Shown here: positions 10,247 to 19,686 of the stretch, piece after piece
How positions within the stretch are numbered: position 1 is the stretch's first letter
Layout: each line of letters begins with the position of its first letter
NCBI GenBank assembly: GCA_049516875.1
Contig: JBEKSS010000001.1
Coordinates: forward strand, 288,001 to 352,000
DNA: 64,000 nt
Reading direction: 5' to 3'
DNA from: Candidatus Bathyarchaeia archaeon
GTDB taxonomy: Archaea > Thermoproteota > Bathyarchaeia > Bathyarchaeales > Bathycorpusculaceae
The notes under the pieces: generated by a model
Databases searched by the model: none
What the model saw: only the letters and a program-made list of their open reading frames with translations
What the model was told of the DNA's origin: nothing
Program-made: the position numbers and the translations under genes

Positions 10247-10290
10247 GCCAACTTCCCGCCTTCTTTGTTTCTATTTAAAGCAAGAGAGGA

Positions 10291-11265
10291 TTATTGGAGC
10301 TGTCTTCTTAGGGCTTCTCTCAGAGCCGGCAGAACTTCGTACAGGTTGCCGACAACTCCGTAGTCCGCTATTTCGAATATCGGTGCCTCAGGATCTTTGT
10401 TGATGGCCACTATCACTTTAGAGTCGCGAATTCCAGCCACGTGCTGTATCACTCCGGAGATGCCGCAGGCTATGTAGAGCTTGGGTTTGACCTTGTGCCC
10501 TGAGAGCCCGATCCATTCTGAAAACCATTTCCTGTCTTCGACTAAGGGTCTTGAGCAGCCAACTTGGCCTCCGAGAACCTCGGCAAGCCCCTGCAACAAT
10601 GCCATATCGTCCTTCTTCTCCAGACCTCTTCCACAGCAGACCAGATACTCGGCTTCTTCGACTTTCACACTGGAGGTTTCAAGCGGTTTTGTTTCAACAA
10701 CCTCAACCTTCGGAACCTCGATCTTTGCATCCAACTTCACAACTTCCCCGTTTCGCTCTTGAGGGTCTGGCTTTTCAAATGCTCTTGCAGGCACAGTCAC
10801 TATCTGCGGCTTCGACTTGAAAGTCACTCTTGCTACGGCGTTTCCGCCGTAGGTTATTCTATCACCGATCAACCTTCTGCCGTCGTCAACGCTCAGCCTG
10901 ATGCAGTCGGGAACGCATCCAGCGTCAAGACGCGTCGCAAGTCTGGCGGCGAGAGGTTTCCCGTCTCTGGTGGATCCAACCATCAAGATTTCGGGGCGAT
11001 GACTTGCTACCAGATTGTGCAAAACACTCAGGTAGGGTTCAGCTTGAAAACGCTCCAAAGCAGGGTTGTCTACCAGATAAACCTTATCTGCCCCGTACTT
11101 TATCAGGTCGTTTGCTTTCTCCTGCACGTTGTTTCCAAGCAGAACGGCAGCAACCTCCTGCTGCAACTTGTTCGCAAGCTCTCTGGCTTTTCCGAGCATT
11201 TCAAGCGTCAAGTCGTAAGCTTCTGAAAAGACCCAGATCCCCCTGTATTCGCTCATGCTGCTCAC
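10291..11265 (-). CDS. etfA: Electron transfer flavoprotein alpha subunit
   Basis: GRG..GCSRP, IGLSG..VKPKLYIACGISG.IQH.AG, AINKD.EAPIF. Confidence 0.95.
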   Translation of the reverse strand: MSSMSEYRGIWVFSEAYDLTLEMLGKARELANKLQQEVAAVLLGNNVQEKANDLIKYGADKVYLVDNPALERFQAEPYLSVLHNLVASHRPEILMVGSTRDGKPLAARLATRLDAGCVPDCIRLSVDDGRRLIGDRITYGGNAVARVTFKSKPQIVTVPARAFEKPDPQERNGEVVKLDAKIEVPKVEVVETKPLETSSVKVEEAEYLVCCGRGLEKKDDMALLQGLAEVLGGQVGCSRPLVEDRKWFSEWIGLSGHKVKPKLYIACGISGVIQHVAGIRDSKVIVAINKDPEAPIFEIADYGVVGNLYEVLPALREALRRQLQ

Positions 11266-12050
11266 CTTCCAACCACTCCTTCCTGAATCAACGCCTTAGC
11301 GAGTTTTTCCACAATTTCCTGCACTGTTTCACCTTTGATTATGATTTTCTTCCTCTCCATCCTGGGAGCCAGGACCTCCAGCACCTCAATCTTCGACGTT
11401 ATTTTTTCCTTCTGCACGCCAATGTCTGCCAATGTCCAATTGACTATTTCCTTTTTCGAAGCCTTCATGATCATCATAAGAGAAGGAATTCTCGGCTGAT
11501 TTATCTCCCTAGTGACCGTTACAACGGCAGGCATTTTCGCCCTAACAGTCTCGCTCGCATCTTCAAGCGCCCTCTCCGCAATGACGCCGTCGCCTTCCAC
11601 CGAAAGCTTTCTAACAGAAGTTATCTGGGGCAGACCTAGAAGTTCTGACAATCTTGAACCTACAAGTCCAGAAAAACTATCCAGAGAAGTTTCGCCGCCG
11701 AGAATCAGATCAAACTCCCCCATCTTCCTCACCGCCTGAGCCAGAATGTAAGCCGTGCCTAGCGTGTCTACAGCCTCAACGACAGGATCATTAACAAAGT
11801 AAGCCTTGTCGGCACCCATTGCAAGGGCTTCCCGCAAAACCGCTTTGGCATCCTCTGAGCCGACAGTCAGAGTAAATATCTCAATCCCGCCGAGTTTCTC
11901 CTTGATCTTTATCGCCTCCTCTAAGGCGTTTTTGTCAAAGTCGCTGATTTTTCTAGGGGCGCCAGCGGTGATCAACTGTCTGGTCGCAGGGTCGACTTTC
12001 AATTGTGAAACATCAACCGCTTGTTTTAGGCAGACAATTATGCGTTTCAA
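11262..12050 (-). CDS. etfB: Electron transfer flavoprotein beta subunit
   Basis: IVCLKQ, D.NALEEA, ALAMGAD, N.PRIPS. Confidence 0.95.
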   Translation of the reverse strand: MKRIIVCLKQAVDVSQLKVDPATRQLITAGAPRKISDFDKNALEEAIKIKEKLGGIEIFTLTVGSEDAKAVLREALAMGADKAYFVNDPVVEAVDTLGTAYILAQAVRKMGEFDLILGGETSLDSFSGLVGSRLSELLGLPQITSVRKLSVEGDGVIAERALEDASETVRAKMPAVVTVTREINQPRIPSLMMIMKASKKEIVNWTLADIGVQKEKITSKIEVLEVLAPRMERKKIIIKGETVQEIVEKLAKALIQEGVVGR

Positions 12051-12117
12051 ACAATTCTACCTCTAGCAGTTAGCCTGAATCAGAAAACTAGAAACTTGAC
12101 ACTTGCAATAAAAAAGT

Positions 12118-12135
12118 TTCGCCTCAGCGCGCGCG
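12118..12135 (+). repeat. GC-palindrome junction motif (left edge of island)
   Basis: TTCGCCTCAGCGCGCGCG; 16/17 identical to the copy at 15092. Confidence 0.8.
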
Positions 12136-12404
12136 ATGACAGATAGGGTCCTACATAGAAATAGTATTGAAGAAAGAAGGCCAATTTCTAGGCGATGGAG
12201 TGCAAGCCTTCCGCTGTGTTAACTTATCACATTGAACTCCACAGAGAAAAGAAAGCGTACACTGCCAAATCGCTAAGGATAGCAATCCTAAAATTGCCCC
12301 ATCCTCTTTAATGTATAAAATTGGCTTTAAGGAGAAGGAAAAATCTAAGATGTCCTTATCCTAACCCGGAATCTACAGAGGTCTCAAGACGGAGTTTGAA
12401 CCTA

Positions 12405-13598
12405 ATGAGTGTGCGCCTAGGCGTGACCGACCGTGCCGCCGTCGCGTCCCTAATCTTGGAAAGAATAGTCTATGCAGTGAACTGGTATAACCTCGCCGCG
12501 GTGTTCTCCTTCGCGGCATCCGAACTGAATCAGAACGTTTCTGGTCTGGGATTCGTCACCGCAACGTTCTACCTCGGTATTGGAATTTTTCAGGTGCCAG
12601 GCGGAATCCTCGTAGCGAAGATAGGTCCACGACTGACCGCGATATACGGTACAACCATTGCTTCCCTAGCTGTGCTGCTGACTGGCTTCGCAAGCAATCT
12701 GGTTGAGATAGCGGTATTGCGATTTCTTGTCGGGTTGGGCATGGCCTTCGTGTTTGCTCCAGGTGTTATCCTGATTACTAGGTTTCTGCAAAAGGGTTCG
12801 GAGGGATTAGGCGTCGGTCTCTACAATTCAGCCTTCTATCTTGGGAGTGCCATCGGGCTGTCGGGATGGTCCGTACTTGCGGGCGCGGTCGGATGGAGGA
12901 ATAGTTTGGTCACTAGCGGAGCACTTGGCTTATTAACGTCAGTCTTGCTATTGGTTTCAATTCCGAAGGACAGTCGGCGCTCCGGCTTCAGAGTGGATCT
13001 TCCTCATGTGAAGGTCGTTCTTTTTAACAAATGGCTGATCGCAATATCCGTAGCAATGCTGGGCCTTGGGGTAGGTAATACCGTTGTTGGCAACTTCATG
13101 GCTTATTACGTTGAAAACGCGATCCACGTGGGTGTTGGAGCAGCTGGAACAATCGCATCACTAGCCTCACTCTCTGCGCTCGTAGCGGCTCCATTCATGG
13201 GCAGGTTATTTGACAGGTCTGGCAATGCGAAGCAGCTGCTCTTCGCATCAGGTATCCTGATGGCATTCGGGGTAGGAATAGCATTCTTCGGTACGATATA
13301 TTCGGCAATCTTGTCAGGGATCCTCGTTGGCTTAGCGGCCGGAGCCGGGTTCACTTTCGGATTCTCTGCTGCGAGGGCGGCAAACAATATCGATCCGGAA
13401 TACGAAACGCTGGCTGTGAGCTGGGTGAACAGTATCTCTTTGTTTGGTGATTCTGTCCCTCCGTTGCTCTTTTCATTCTTGGTGATACAGTACGGATACC
13501 CGCCTGCGTGGCTGTGCTTAACAGTGCTTACCTTCGTGCTGATGATTCCGGTACTCTTCGCGAAGGTTTCAAAGCGTAAACAGGTTGGCGATTACTGA
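12405..13598 (+). CDS. MFS transporter
   Basis: About 12 hydrophobic segments; motif A-like PGGILVAKIGPR and GRLFDRSG. Confidence 0.9.
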   Translation: MSVRLGVTDRAAVASLILERIVYAVNWYNLAAVFSFAASELNQNVSGLGFVTATFYLGIGIFQVPGGILVAKIGPRLTAIYGTTIASLAVLLTGFASNLVEIAVLRFLVGLGMAFVFAPGVILITRFLQKGSEGLGVGLYNSAFYLGSAIGLSGWSVLAGAVGWRNSLVTSGALGLLTSVLLLVSIPKDSRRSGFRVDLPHVKVVLFNKWLIAISVAMLGLGVGNTVVGNFMAYYVENAIHVGVGAAGTIASLASLSALVAAPFMGRLFDRSGNAKQLLFASGILMAFGVGIAFFGTIYSAILSGILVGLAAGAGFTFGFSAARAANNIDPEYETLAVSWVNSISLFGDSVPPLLFSFLVIQYGYPPAWLCLTVLTFVLMIPVLFAKVSKRKQVGDY

Positions 13599-13634
13599 AG
13601 AAAGAATGGTTTGTATTTGGTTGATATTTTTTGC

Positions 13635-13671
13635 AGCGCGCGCAACAACTTTTCACGGGTTAGCGCACGCT
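13635..13671. repeat. Paired GC motifs forming a hairpin
   Basis: AGCGCGCGC-AAC...GTT-A-GCGCACGCT. Confidence 0.7.
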
Positions 13672-13846
13672 CTCAGTAAGGGCTATCTGTTGTCGCACTA
13701 CGTCTAGTCTGTAGTGATTAGCGGATCAGAAATGTATTTGACTCCAGAAACGCAAAGGCGAAAATGAATGGAGAAGCTACATTGAAACTTGTGATTAAAG
13801 TAGCTGTTACCACTAGTGCGACAGCGCCTTATGCATCCCTGAGAAG

Positions 13847-13937
13847 AAGCGCGCGATTATTATGAATCTATGGCTAGACTGGACAAGATGACAATTCGCC
13901 GAAGAGCTTCTGTGGCGTATGAATTAATTAGCGCGCG
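13847..13937. repeat. Two GC motifs (AAGCGCGCG at 13847, TTAGCGCGCG at 13928)
   Basis: Read directly from the sequence; the second copy lies just upstream of TATA-like CTTAAATA at 13943. Confidence 0.7.
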
Positions 13938-13973
13938 TCAACCTTAAATACTTAATGTTCAGATGTGTAGGCT

Positions 13974-15035
13974 GTGAGTGAAGGGAAAATGGTTGAACTC
14001 TACGAGTATGAGATAGCAAAGGCGGCTAACATCTTAGCTACCCAACTATTCAATCTAAAAACTGGCGAAACGATTATCATAACTGCCGACACAGAGTCTG
14101 ACTCAAGAGTAGTAAACGCTGCAGCTGCGGCTGCGTTCGCAGCAGGGGCGAAACCCATGGTGATATGGCTTGCATCACCCCTTGAGTTTTCGAAAGGCGC
14201 TGATCCCATGCTGCCCATCGAAGCATTGACTGCTGCCTTGAAGGAGACTGACGCTTGGCTGGAATTCAACAGCAAGGGTTTGCTCTACTCAACACCTTAT
14301 GAGATAGCGGAAAGGGAAAACAAGAAGCTAAGATACCTCTGCCTCGACGGAATGGATGTCGATATGATGGTCAGGTGTCTGGGAAGAGTCGACTATCCCG
14401 CACTAAAGATGTTTGAAACCAAGCTTCGCGCTATGACCAAAGCAGCAAAGCACATGAAAATCACCACACCAGCAGGTACAGATGTGGAGTTCGATAACAA
14501 CTCCAAAAACCCGATGACTCTTGCCCTAGGATACGCAGACACTCCCGGATCACATATGCTAGGCGGACAGATTGGTTGGGCTCCAGAGTTTGATTCTATA
14601 AATGGCGATATAGTGTTTGATGGATTTCTGATGCCAGTGGCTCTGCTTAAAGAACCGGTCAAGATTGGAGTTAAGAAAGGTAAGATAGTGAATATTGAGG
14701 GTGGCAGAGAAGCCACAGAATTTGAAGCATGGCTCAGGAGCTGGAAAGATCCAAGGATGTTTAAGATGGCGCATGTATGTTATGGTTGCAATCCCGGTGC
14801 CAAGCTAACCCCAAGCGTTCTGGAGATGGAGAGAATCTGGGGTGCTACCGAGTGGGGAATCGGCTATGTAGGTCCTATGCTCACGGCTGATGGAAAACCC
14901 ATTGACGCCCCCTGCCACTCTGACGGTTTGTGCCAGAATTCCTCAGTGTGGCTAGACAACAAACAGATAATGGACAAAGGCAAGATGATCCACCCAGAGT
15001 TGTCTAAACTCGCTAAGAGATTAGGAAAGGAATAG
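13974..15035 (+). CDS. AmpS/aminopeptidase T-fold (COG2309, M29/NicX-like) metalloenzyme
   Basis: GE.IIITAD, IT.PAGTD, G.IVFDG, HVCYG.NP.A, E.ER.WG, HSDG. Confidence 0.8.
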   Translation: MSEGKMVELYEYEIAKAANILATQLFNLKTGETIIITADTESDSRVVNAAAAAAFAAGAKPMVIWLASPLEFSKGADPMLPIEALTAALKETDAWLEFNSKGLLYSTPYEIAERENKKLRYLCLDGMDVDMMVRCLGRVDYPALKMFETKLRAMTKAAKHMKITTPAGTDVEFDNNSKNPMTLALGYADTPGSHMLGGQIGWAPEFDSINGDIVFDGFLMPVALLKEPVKIGVKKGKIVNIEGGREATEFEAWLRSWKDPRMFKMAHVCYGCNPGAKLTPSVLEMERIWGATEWGIGYVGPMLTADGKPIDAPCHSDGLCQNSSVWLDNKQIMDKGKMIHPELSKLAKRLGKE

Positions 15036-15091
15036 AACCCATAGTTCCGCTATTTCTTAGAAAATGTAAAGGGTTTGGCTTTAGCCGCCAA

Positions 15092-15109
15092 TTCGCCTTA
15101 GCGCGCGCT
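15092..15109 (+). repeat. GC-palindrome junction motif
   Basis: TTCGCCTTAGCGCGCGCT. Confidence 0.8.
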
Positions 15110-15536
15110 GCCCAGAAGCGTGGATCGATCGACATGCAGCAAGACGTTCGATTGAGAATATTTCCCGTGAAGTACATCACCCCTCTCACTTTGCCATCGA
15201 GGCGGGATATCTGGAAAAATAAATCGAGGTTGCCCAATGCTTAACTATGACGTACGGTCTTCCTAAGGATAGACCGCCCGCGGCTCCGGCAAATGAAATG
15301 GGGGAACAATCGCCTCCTATTAGGGTTGTTACCCTCACTGAGACAGCCAAGTTTGCTACAATCTGTTCTCCAGTTTCTACCTTTTCTGTTGTTATAGAGC
15401 CATTTCAAACGACTTTTTGAATCCTTCTAGATATCTTGCCCATCTTCCTTTGAACCTCTAGGTACCCAATGGCATGAATAAGGTTTGCACGTTTCAAAAG
15501 TGCCTTCCAGAAAAGAAGGAGGGAGAACGTCGTGTT

Positions 15537-16619
15537 CTACTTGCACTTCGGATGTACAATCTTCCCTTCCTTAACAATCAATTCGTCATCAAGGTAGAAG
15601 TCATGATTCAGGAGATCGACATCGCAATGGGATGGTGCTCTATTCTTTCCACCTATGCCGCTATGCCTTGCGAGAGTGTCGAAGAAATTAGAACCAAAGG
15701 CAATCTGCATGACGCCTGGGTAGCTTTCTGCGTCAGCAACAGAGAAGAATGGAGATTCTAGCCATACAGCACCCTCAACATGGGTTCCCCAACCGATATG
15801 GGAGACTCCATACGATCTTTCGTCTCCGCGCGTTGCTAACCATTTCTCAAAAATCTTTGCTGTGGAACCCCCCTCGATCTTTGTTATGGATCCATTCTTT
15901 AATGTGCACTTGACAGGTTCTGTCACTATTCTTCCTATTCCAAGAATGTAGTCTCCTGTATCGAAGACGAGTGTTCCGTTCGCGCTATCTTCTAGTGGTG
16001 CGCATATCACGAGACCAAAGCCATAGTTGTCCCAGCTACCTCGTTCACTCGCCACTCCTTTCTGACAGGCCCCTTTCCTCCCTTTTTTATTTAGCACGAG
16101 GTCTGTACCGGCTCCTGACGTGATTCGAATCTTTTCTGCTTTCTCCATCATTTCAGCGCCTGCAAGCGATCTTCTGATCAATGCATCGGTAGGATACAGT
16201 CTGCGCAAGTTTGCTTCAGGGATTCTGAGCATCACATCCAGAATGCGTGCTCCTGATTTGAGCCAGTTGACAAAGTAGTCAGAATACATGTCCACGCGGG
16301 GCACTGGAGCTTCATAAAGGTGGCCTGGTACCGGTTCAGGATATACGGTAATTATCATGTCTGCCATCTTAAGGCTCTCCGCGGCAAATGGACCAACTGG
16401 CGAAATGGCTTTGCCCTCTTTTATCCGCGGCGGGAGTATGACCCTTAGAGAGTCGGCGTTGAAATTCACTAAGGCTATCATGAAAGCATTGACGACACTT
16501 TCAGGAAACATGTGGGTGGAGACTATTGCCACCTTCTCGCCTTCTTCAACTCGACAAGACTTCAGCAATCCTTCAACTAGTTTTGGCATATCTATCATTT
16601 TCATCACCTTAGAAAGCAT
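15537..16619 (-). CDS. NicX-like / leucyl aminopeptidase T-fold metalloenzyme
   Basis: IRITSGAGTDL, G.WDN, A.GTLV.D.GD, SHIGWG, G.N....HCD (NicX-type His/His/Asp). Confidence 0.75.
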   Translation of the reverse strand: MLSKVMKMIDMPKLVEGLLKSCRVEEGEKVAIVSTHMFPESVVNAFMIALVNFNADSLRVILPPRIKEGKAISPVGPFAAESLKMADMIITVYPEPVPGHLYEAPVPRVDMYSDYFVNWLKSGARILDVMLRIPEANLRRLYPTDALIRRSLAGAEMMEKAEKIRITSGAGTDLVLNKKGRKGACQKGVASERGSWDNYGFGLVICAPLEDSANGTLVFDTGDYILGIGRIVTEPVKCTLKNGSITKIEGGSTAKIFEKWLATRGDERSYGVSHIGWGTHVEGAVWLESPFFSVADAESYPGVMQIAFGSNFFDTLARHSGIGGKNRAPSHCDVDLLNHDFYLDDELIVKEGKIVHPKCK

Positions 16620-16734
16620 TAGTGTGTATGGTGAAGAATGTGTATAAAAAGATTGTGATTAGTGGTTCTGTGTAGTCTTCGTCGGATTTGAGCTCATGTG
16701 AAAATTCGTCGGGTGATTTCTAATAGGCGCTTTA

Positions 16735-16746
16735 ATGCGCGCGCAT
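16735..16746. repeat. Perfect palindrome ATGCGCGCGCAT (junction motif)
   Basis: Read directly; lies between the opp operon and the NicX-like gene. Confidence 0.75.
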
Positions 16747-16823
16747 GGTAAGCGTGTTCTGAATTAAACAGCCATGTAGAATCGTTTACACCCAGATATT
16801 CGTTGCGCATTCGTGGGCTGTTT

Positions 16824-17795
16824 TTACTTCACAAAAAGCCAGCATGCGACATAGTGTTCGGATTCTGTCATCACAGATTTTGGTTCCTTGGTCTTGCAGA
16901 TGCCCATTACGAATGGACACCTAGTATGAAAAGAGCAACCTGGTGGAGGATTTATTGAGCTTGGAATCTCTCCTGTTGACTTCACTTCTTTCGGCTTCAA
17001 CGCTTCTTCTTCTTCAGTGAGTACTGGTGCTGAAGAGAGCAACATCCTAGTGTAAGGATGTTGCGAGTTTTGAAAGAAAACATGAGTCGGAGCATGTTCA
17101 AAGATCTTGCCAAGATACATTACTGCAACTCTTGATGCGACATTCCGCATCAGACTGAGATCGTGGGTTATGAACAAGTATGACATATTCAGCTCTCTCT
17201 GCAGCTTGACTAGGACTTTCAGTATCTTTGCCTGAATCGAAACATCCAACGCTGAGGTGGGCTCATCAAGCACTATAAAAGATGGTTTTGTGGCGATGGC
17301 TCTTGCAATAGCAACTGCTTGTCTCTCGCCTCCACCGAGGTCTCTCGGTCGCCTTAGCACAAAGTCTTGTGGGGGTAACTCCACAGTATCAAGCAATTCC
17401 TCAACTCTCGTACGTTCCTCTTCCTTGCTATTGCATATTTTGTGCGTTCTCAGAGGCAATGCGACTATGTCCGCGACAGATTTTGTAGGATTTAGCGAAG
17501 AGGCCGGGTCTTGAAAGACTATTTGCATTTCCCTCTTCAACTCTTTAGAGCGTTTCCTGGCAGGCATCGATATGTCTTTTCCATTGAATTCTATTTTGCC
17601 CGATGTTGGTTTGTAAATCCCTACCACCATGAAGCCGATTGTACTTTTCCCTGAACCAGACTCGCCTACTAAGCCAAATATCTCACCGCGTCTTACTTGG
17701 AAGTTTGCTGATTCGACCGCCTTGACAACGCCAAAAGATGTTGAAAAACGTTTCACTAAGTCTTCGACTATTAATATGTTGTCGTCCTGGTTCGT
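16824..17795 (-). CDS. oppF: Oligopeptide ABC transporter ATPase (OppF/DppF)
   Basis: GESGSGKST, LGGGERQ, DEPTSALD, oligo_HPY C-terminus. The conserved ILIVEDLVKRF lies upstream of the first GTG (17756), so the start is uncertain. Confidence 0.9.
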   Translation of the reverse strand, partial: TNQDDNILIVEDLVKRFSTSFGVVKAVESANFQVRRGEIFGLVGESGSGKSTIGFMVVGIYKPTSGKIEFNGKDISMPARKRSKELKREMQIVFQDPASSLNPTKSVADIVALPLRTHKICNSKEEERTRVEELLDTVELPPQDFVLRRPRDLGGGERQAVAIARAIATKPSFIVLDEPTSALDVSIQAKILKVLVKLQRELNMSYLFITHDLSLMRNVASRVAVMYLGKIFEHAPTHVFFQNSQHPYTRMLLSSAPVLTEEEEALKPKEVKSTGEIPSSINPPPGCSFHTRCPFVMGICKTKEPKSVMTESEHYVACWLFVK

Positions 17796-17801
17796 GTTGT
17801 G

Positions 17802-18782
17802 TCACCTTTTATTGTAAAGCCAGCATGCAACCAAATGTGAATCAGAATCTCCAACAAATTGTGGTTTCTCTCTTTTGCAGACATCTGATGCATGATCGCA
17901 TCGTGGATGAAATCTGCATCCGGATGGTGGATCTAAATAATCAGGAACATGCCCTCTAATACCCTTTGAGAATCCACCTCCGGTAAGTTTCGGGCAAGAC
18001 TCTAGAAGCCCTCGAGTGTATGGATGTAAAGGATTTGAAAACAATTCCCCAGTTGCCGCGGTTTCGATCATATCTCCTGCGTACATAACACAGCCTCTAT
18101 CAGTTATGCCTCTTATAGTGCCGAGTGCATGCGAAATCAAAATCACTGAAAGATTTCTTTCACTCACAAGTTTGCTCATCAGATGTAACACTTGATCTTG
18201 AATTGTTACATCTAGATTTGTAGTAGGTTCATCAGCAATTAAGAGATCTCTTGCAGTGCCCAAGGACATTGCGATACAGATTCTTTGCTTCATTCCTCCG
18301 CTTAGCTGAAAAGGATAGCTATTAAGAACTCTCTCGGGATCTTGCAGGGCCACATCCTTGAGCAACTCTAGGGACTTTGCCTTTAAATCTTCATTCCTTA
18401 TATTCTTGCCTTCGATTATGCCTGAGTACTTGATTACGTTCGCGAGTTGATCTCCAGCAGTGAACACCGGGTTGAGAGCGGCTGTGGGATCTTGAAATAT
18501 CATAGTTATGTTTTTCCTCCTTATTTCGGTCAGTTCTTTTTCATTAATTTTGAGTATATCCTTTCCTTTGAAGGATATTTCGCCGCTTTCGACGATTGCG
18601 TTACTGGCAAGAACTCTGAGGATTGCTCTCATGGCAGTGGTTTTGCCAGATCCAGATTCCCCGATTATTCCAACTTTTTCCCCTTCATGAACCGTGAAGG
18701 ATAGTCCGTTCAGGACTTTCGATGATCCTTTATAGATCTTGTATCCTACTCTGAGATTGTTAACATCTAATAGCCGTTTCAT
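17802..18782 (-). CDS. oppD: Oligopeptide ABC transporter ATPase (OppD/DppD)
   Basis: GESGSGKT, LSGGMKQR, DEPTTNLD, HPYT..CRFHPRC. Confidence 0.92.
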   Translation of the reverse strand: MKRLLDVNNLRVGYKIYKGSSKVLNGLSFTVHEGEKVGIIGESGSGKTTAMRAILRVLASNAIVESGEISFKGKDILKINEKELTEIRRKNITMIFQDPTAALNPVFTAGDQLANVIKYSGIIEGKNIRNEDLKAKSLELLKDVALQDPERVLNSYPFQLSGGMKQRICIAMSLGTARDLLIADEPTTNLDVTIQDQVLHLMSKLVSERNLSVILISHALGTIRGITDRGCVMYAGDMIETAATGELFSNPLHPYTRGLLESCPKLTGGGFSKGIRGHVPDYLDPPSGCRFHPRCDHASDVCKREKPQFVGDSDSHLVACWLYNKR

Positions 18783-18786
18783 CGCA

Positions 18787-19686
18787 TTACCTGACCTCTT
18801 CCATGAAAATGTCTCGAATGCCATCTCCGAGCAGGTTGAATCCCAGAATTATCATGATGATTGCAATCGCTGGGAAAATCGTCAACCACCAGATTTCGGG
18901 CAAAAATCTTCCACCCGTGGCAACCATAGTGCCTAGGTCAGGCGTCGGGGGCTGAGCTCCTAATCCCACAAAACTCAATGCTGATCCGAGCAATATGACC
19001 CAACCGACATCCAGAGTGACCTTGGTCAGAATTGGACCCAGAGTATTAGGAAAGATTTCTCTGAATATAATGTAAAATGGACTAGCTCCGCTTATTCCCG
19101 CAGCTTGAACGAAATACTCGTTTCTCAGCGATGACGAAATACTATACGTCAGTCGAGCGTACCAAGGCCACCATATTAGACAGATGGCCAGCATTGCGTT
19201 GAGAAGACTCGGGCTCAGAACTGCTGTGACCGCCAATGCCAACACCAATGCAGGAACAGCAATGAATATGTCCGCTACTCTCATCACCAGGCTGTCAACC
19301 CATGATCCTCGATAATATCCAGCGGTTAGTCCTAGGGCTACCCCCGGCAAAACTGACACCCCCAAGACTACGGCAGCCATAAGCAGAGAATACTGAAACC
19401 CAAAGACGGTTCTGGTGAATACGTCTCTGCCTACATCATCCGTGCCAAACAGATGTGCAAGGCTTGGAGGTTGAAGGGCCTCTTTAAAATTCGTGTTGAA
19501 ACCTGTATCTTGTGGGTAAGGCGTTATGTAAGGAGCAGACAAAGCTAAGAATAGTGCAACTCCAACGATTACTAATCCCACTATTGACAATGGGTTCCTA
19601 GTGAATCTGAACCATCTCCTTCTGGCAAGATCTATGTCAATGAACTCCCCGATTTTCTTATAGATATTGCCAGCTAATCTAATCAC
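18787..19686 (-). CDS. oppC: Oligopeptide ABC permease (OppC/DppC)
   Basis: HLFGTD..GRD, LSFVGLG..PP.PDLG, FNLLGDG.RD. Confidence 0.92.
   Translation of the reverse strand: MIRLAGNIYKKIGEFIDIDLARRRWFRFTRNPLSIVGLVIVGVALFLALSAPYITPYPQDTGFNTNFKEALQPPSLAHLFGTDDVGRDVFTRTVFGFQYSLLMAAVVLGVSVLPGVALGLTAGYYRGSWVDSLVMRVADIFIAVPALVLALAVTAVLSPSLLNAMLAICLIWWPWYARLTYSISSSLRNEYFVQAAGISGASPFYIIFREIFPNTLGPILTKVTLDVGWVILLGSALSFVGLGAQPPTPDLGTMVATGGRFLPEIWWLTIFPAIAIIMIILGFNLLGDGIRDIFMEEVR

Noticed and set aside
17802-17804. Selenocysteine or pyrrolysine recoding of the oppD TGA or the ths TAG
   Set aside because: The stops fall at the normal C-termini, not at catalytic positions, and no supporting machinery is visible.
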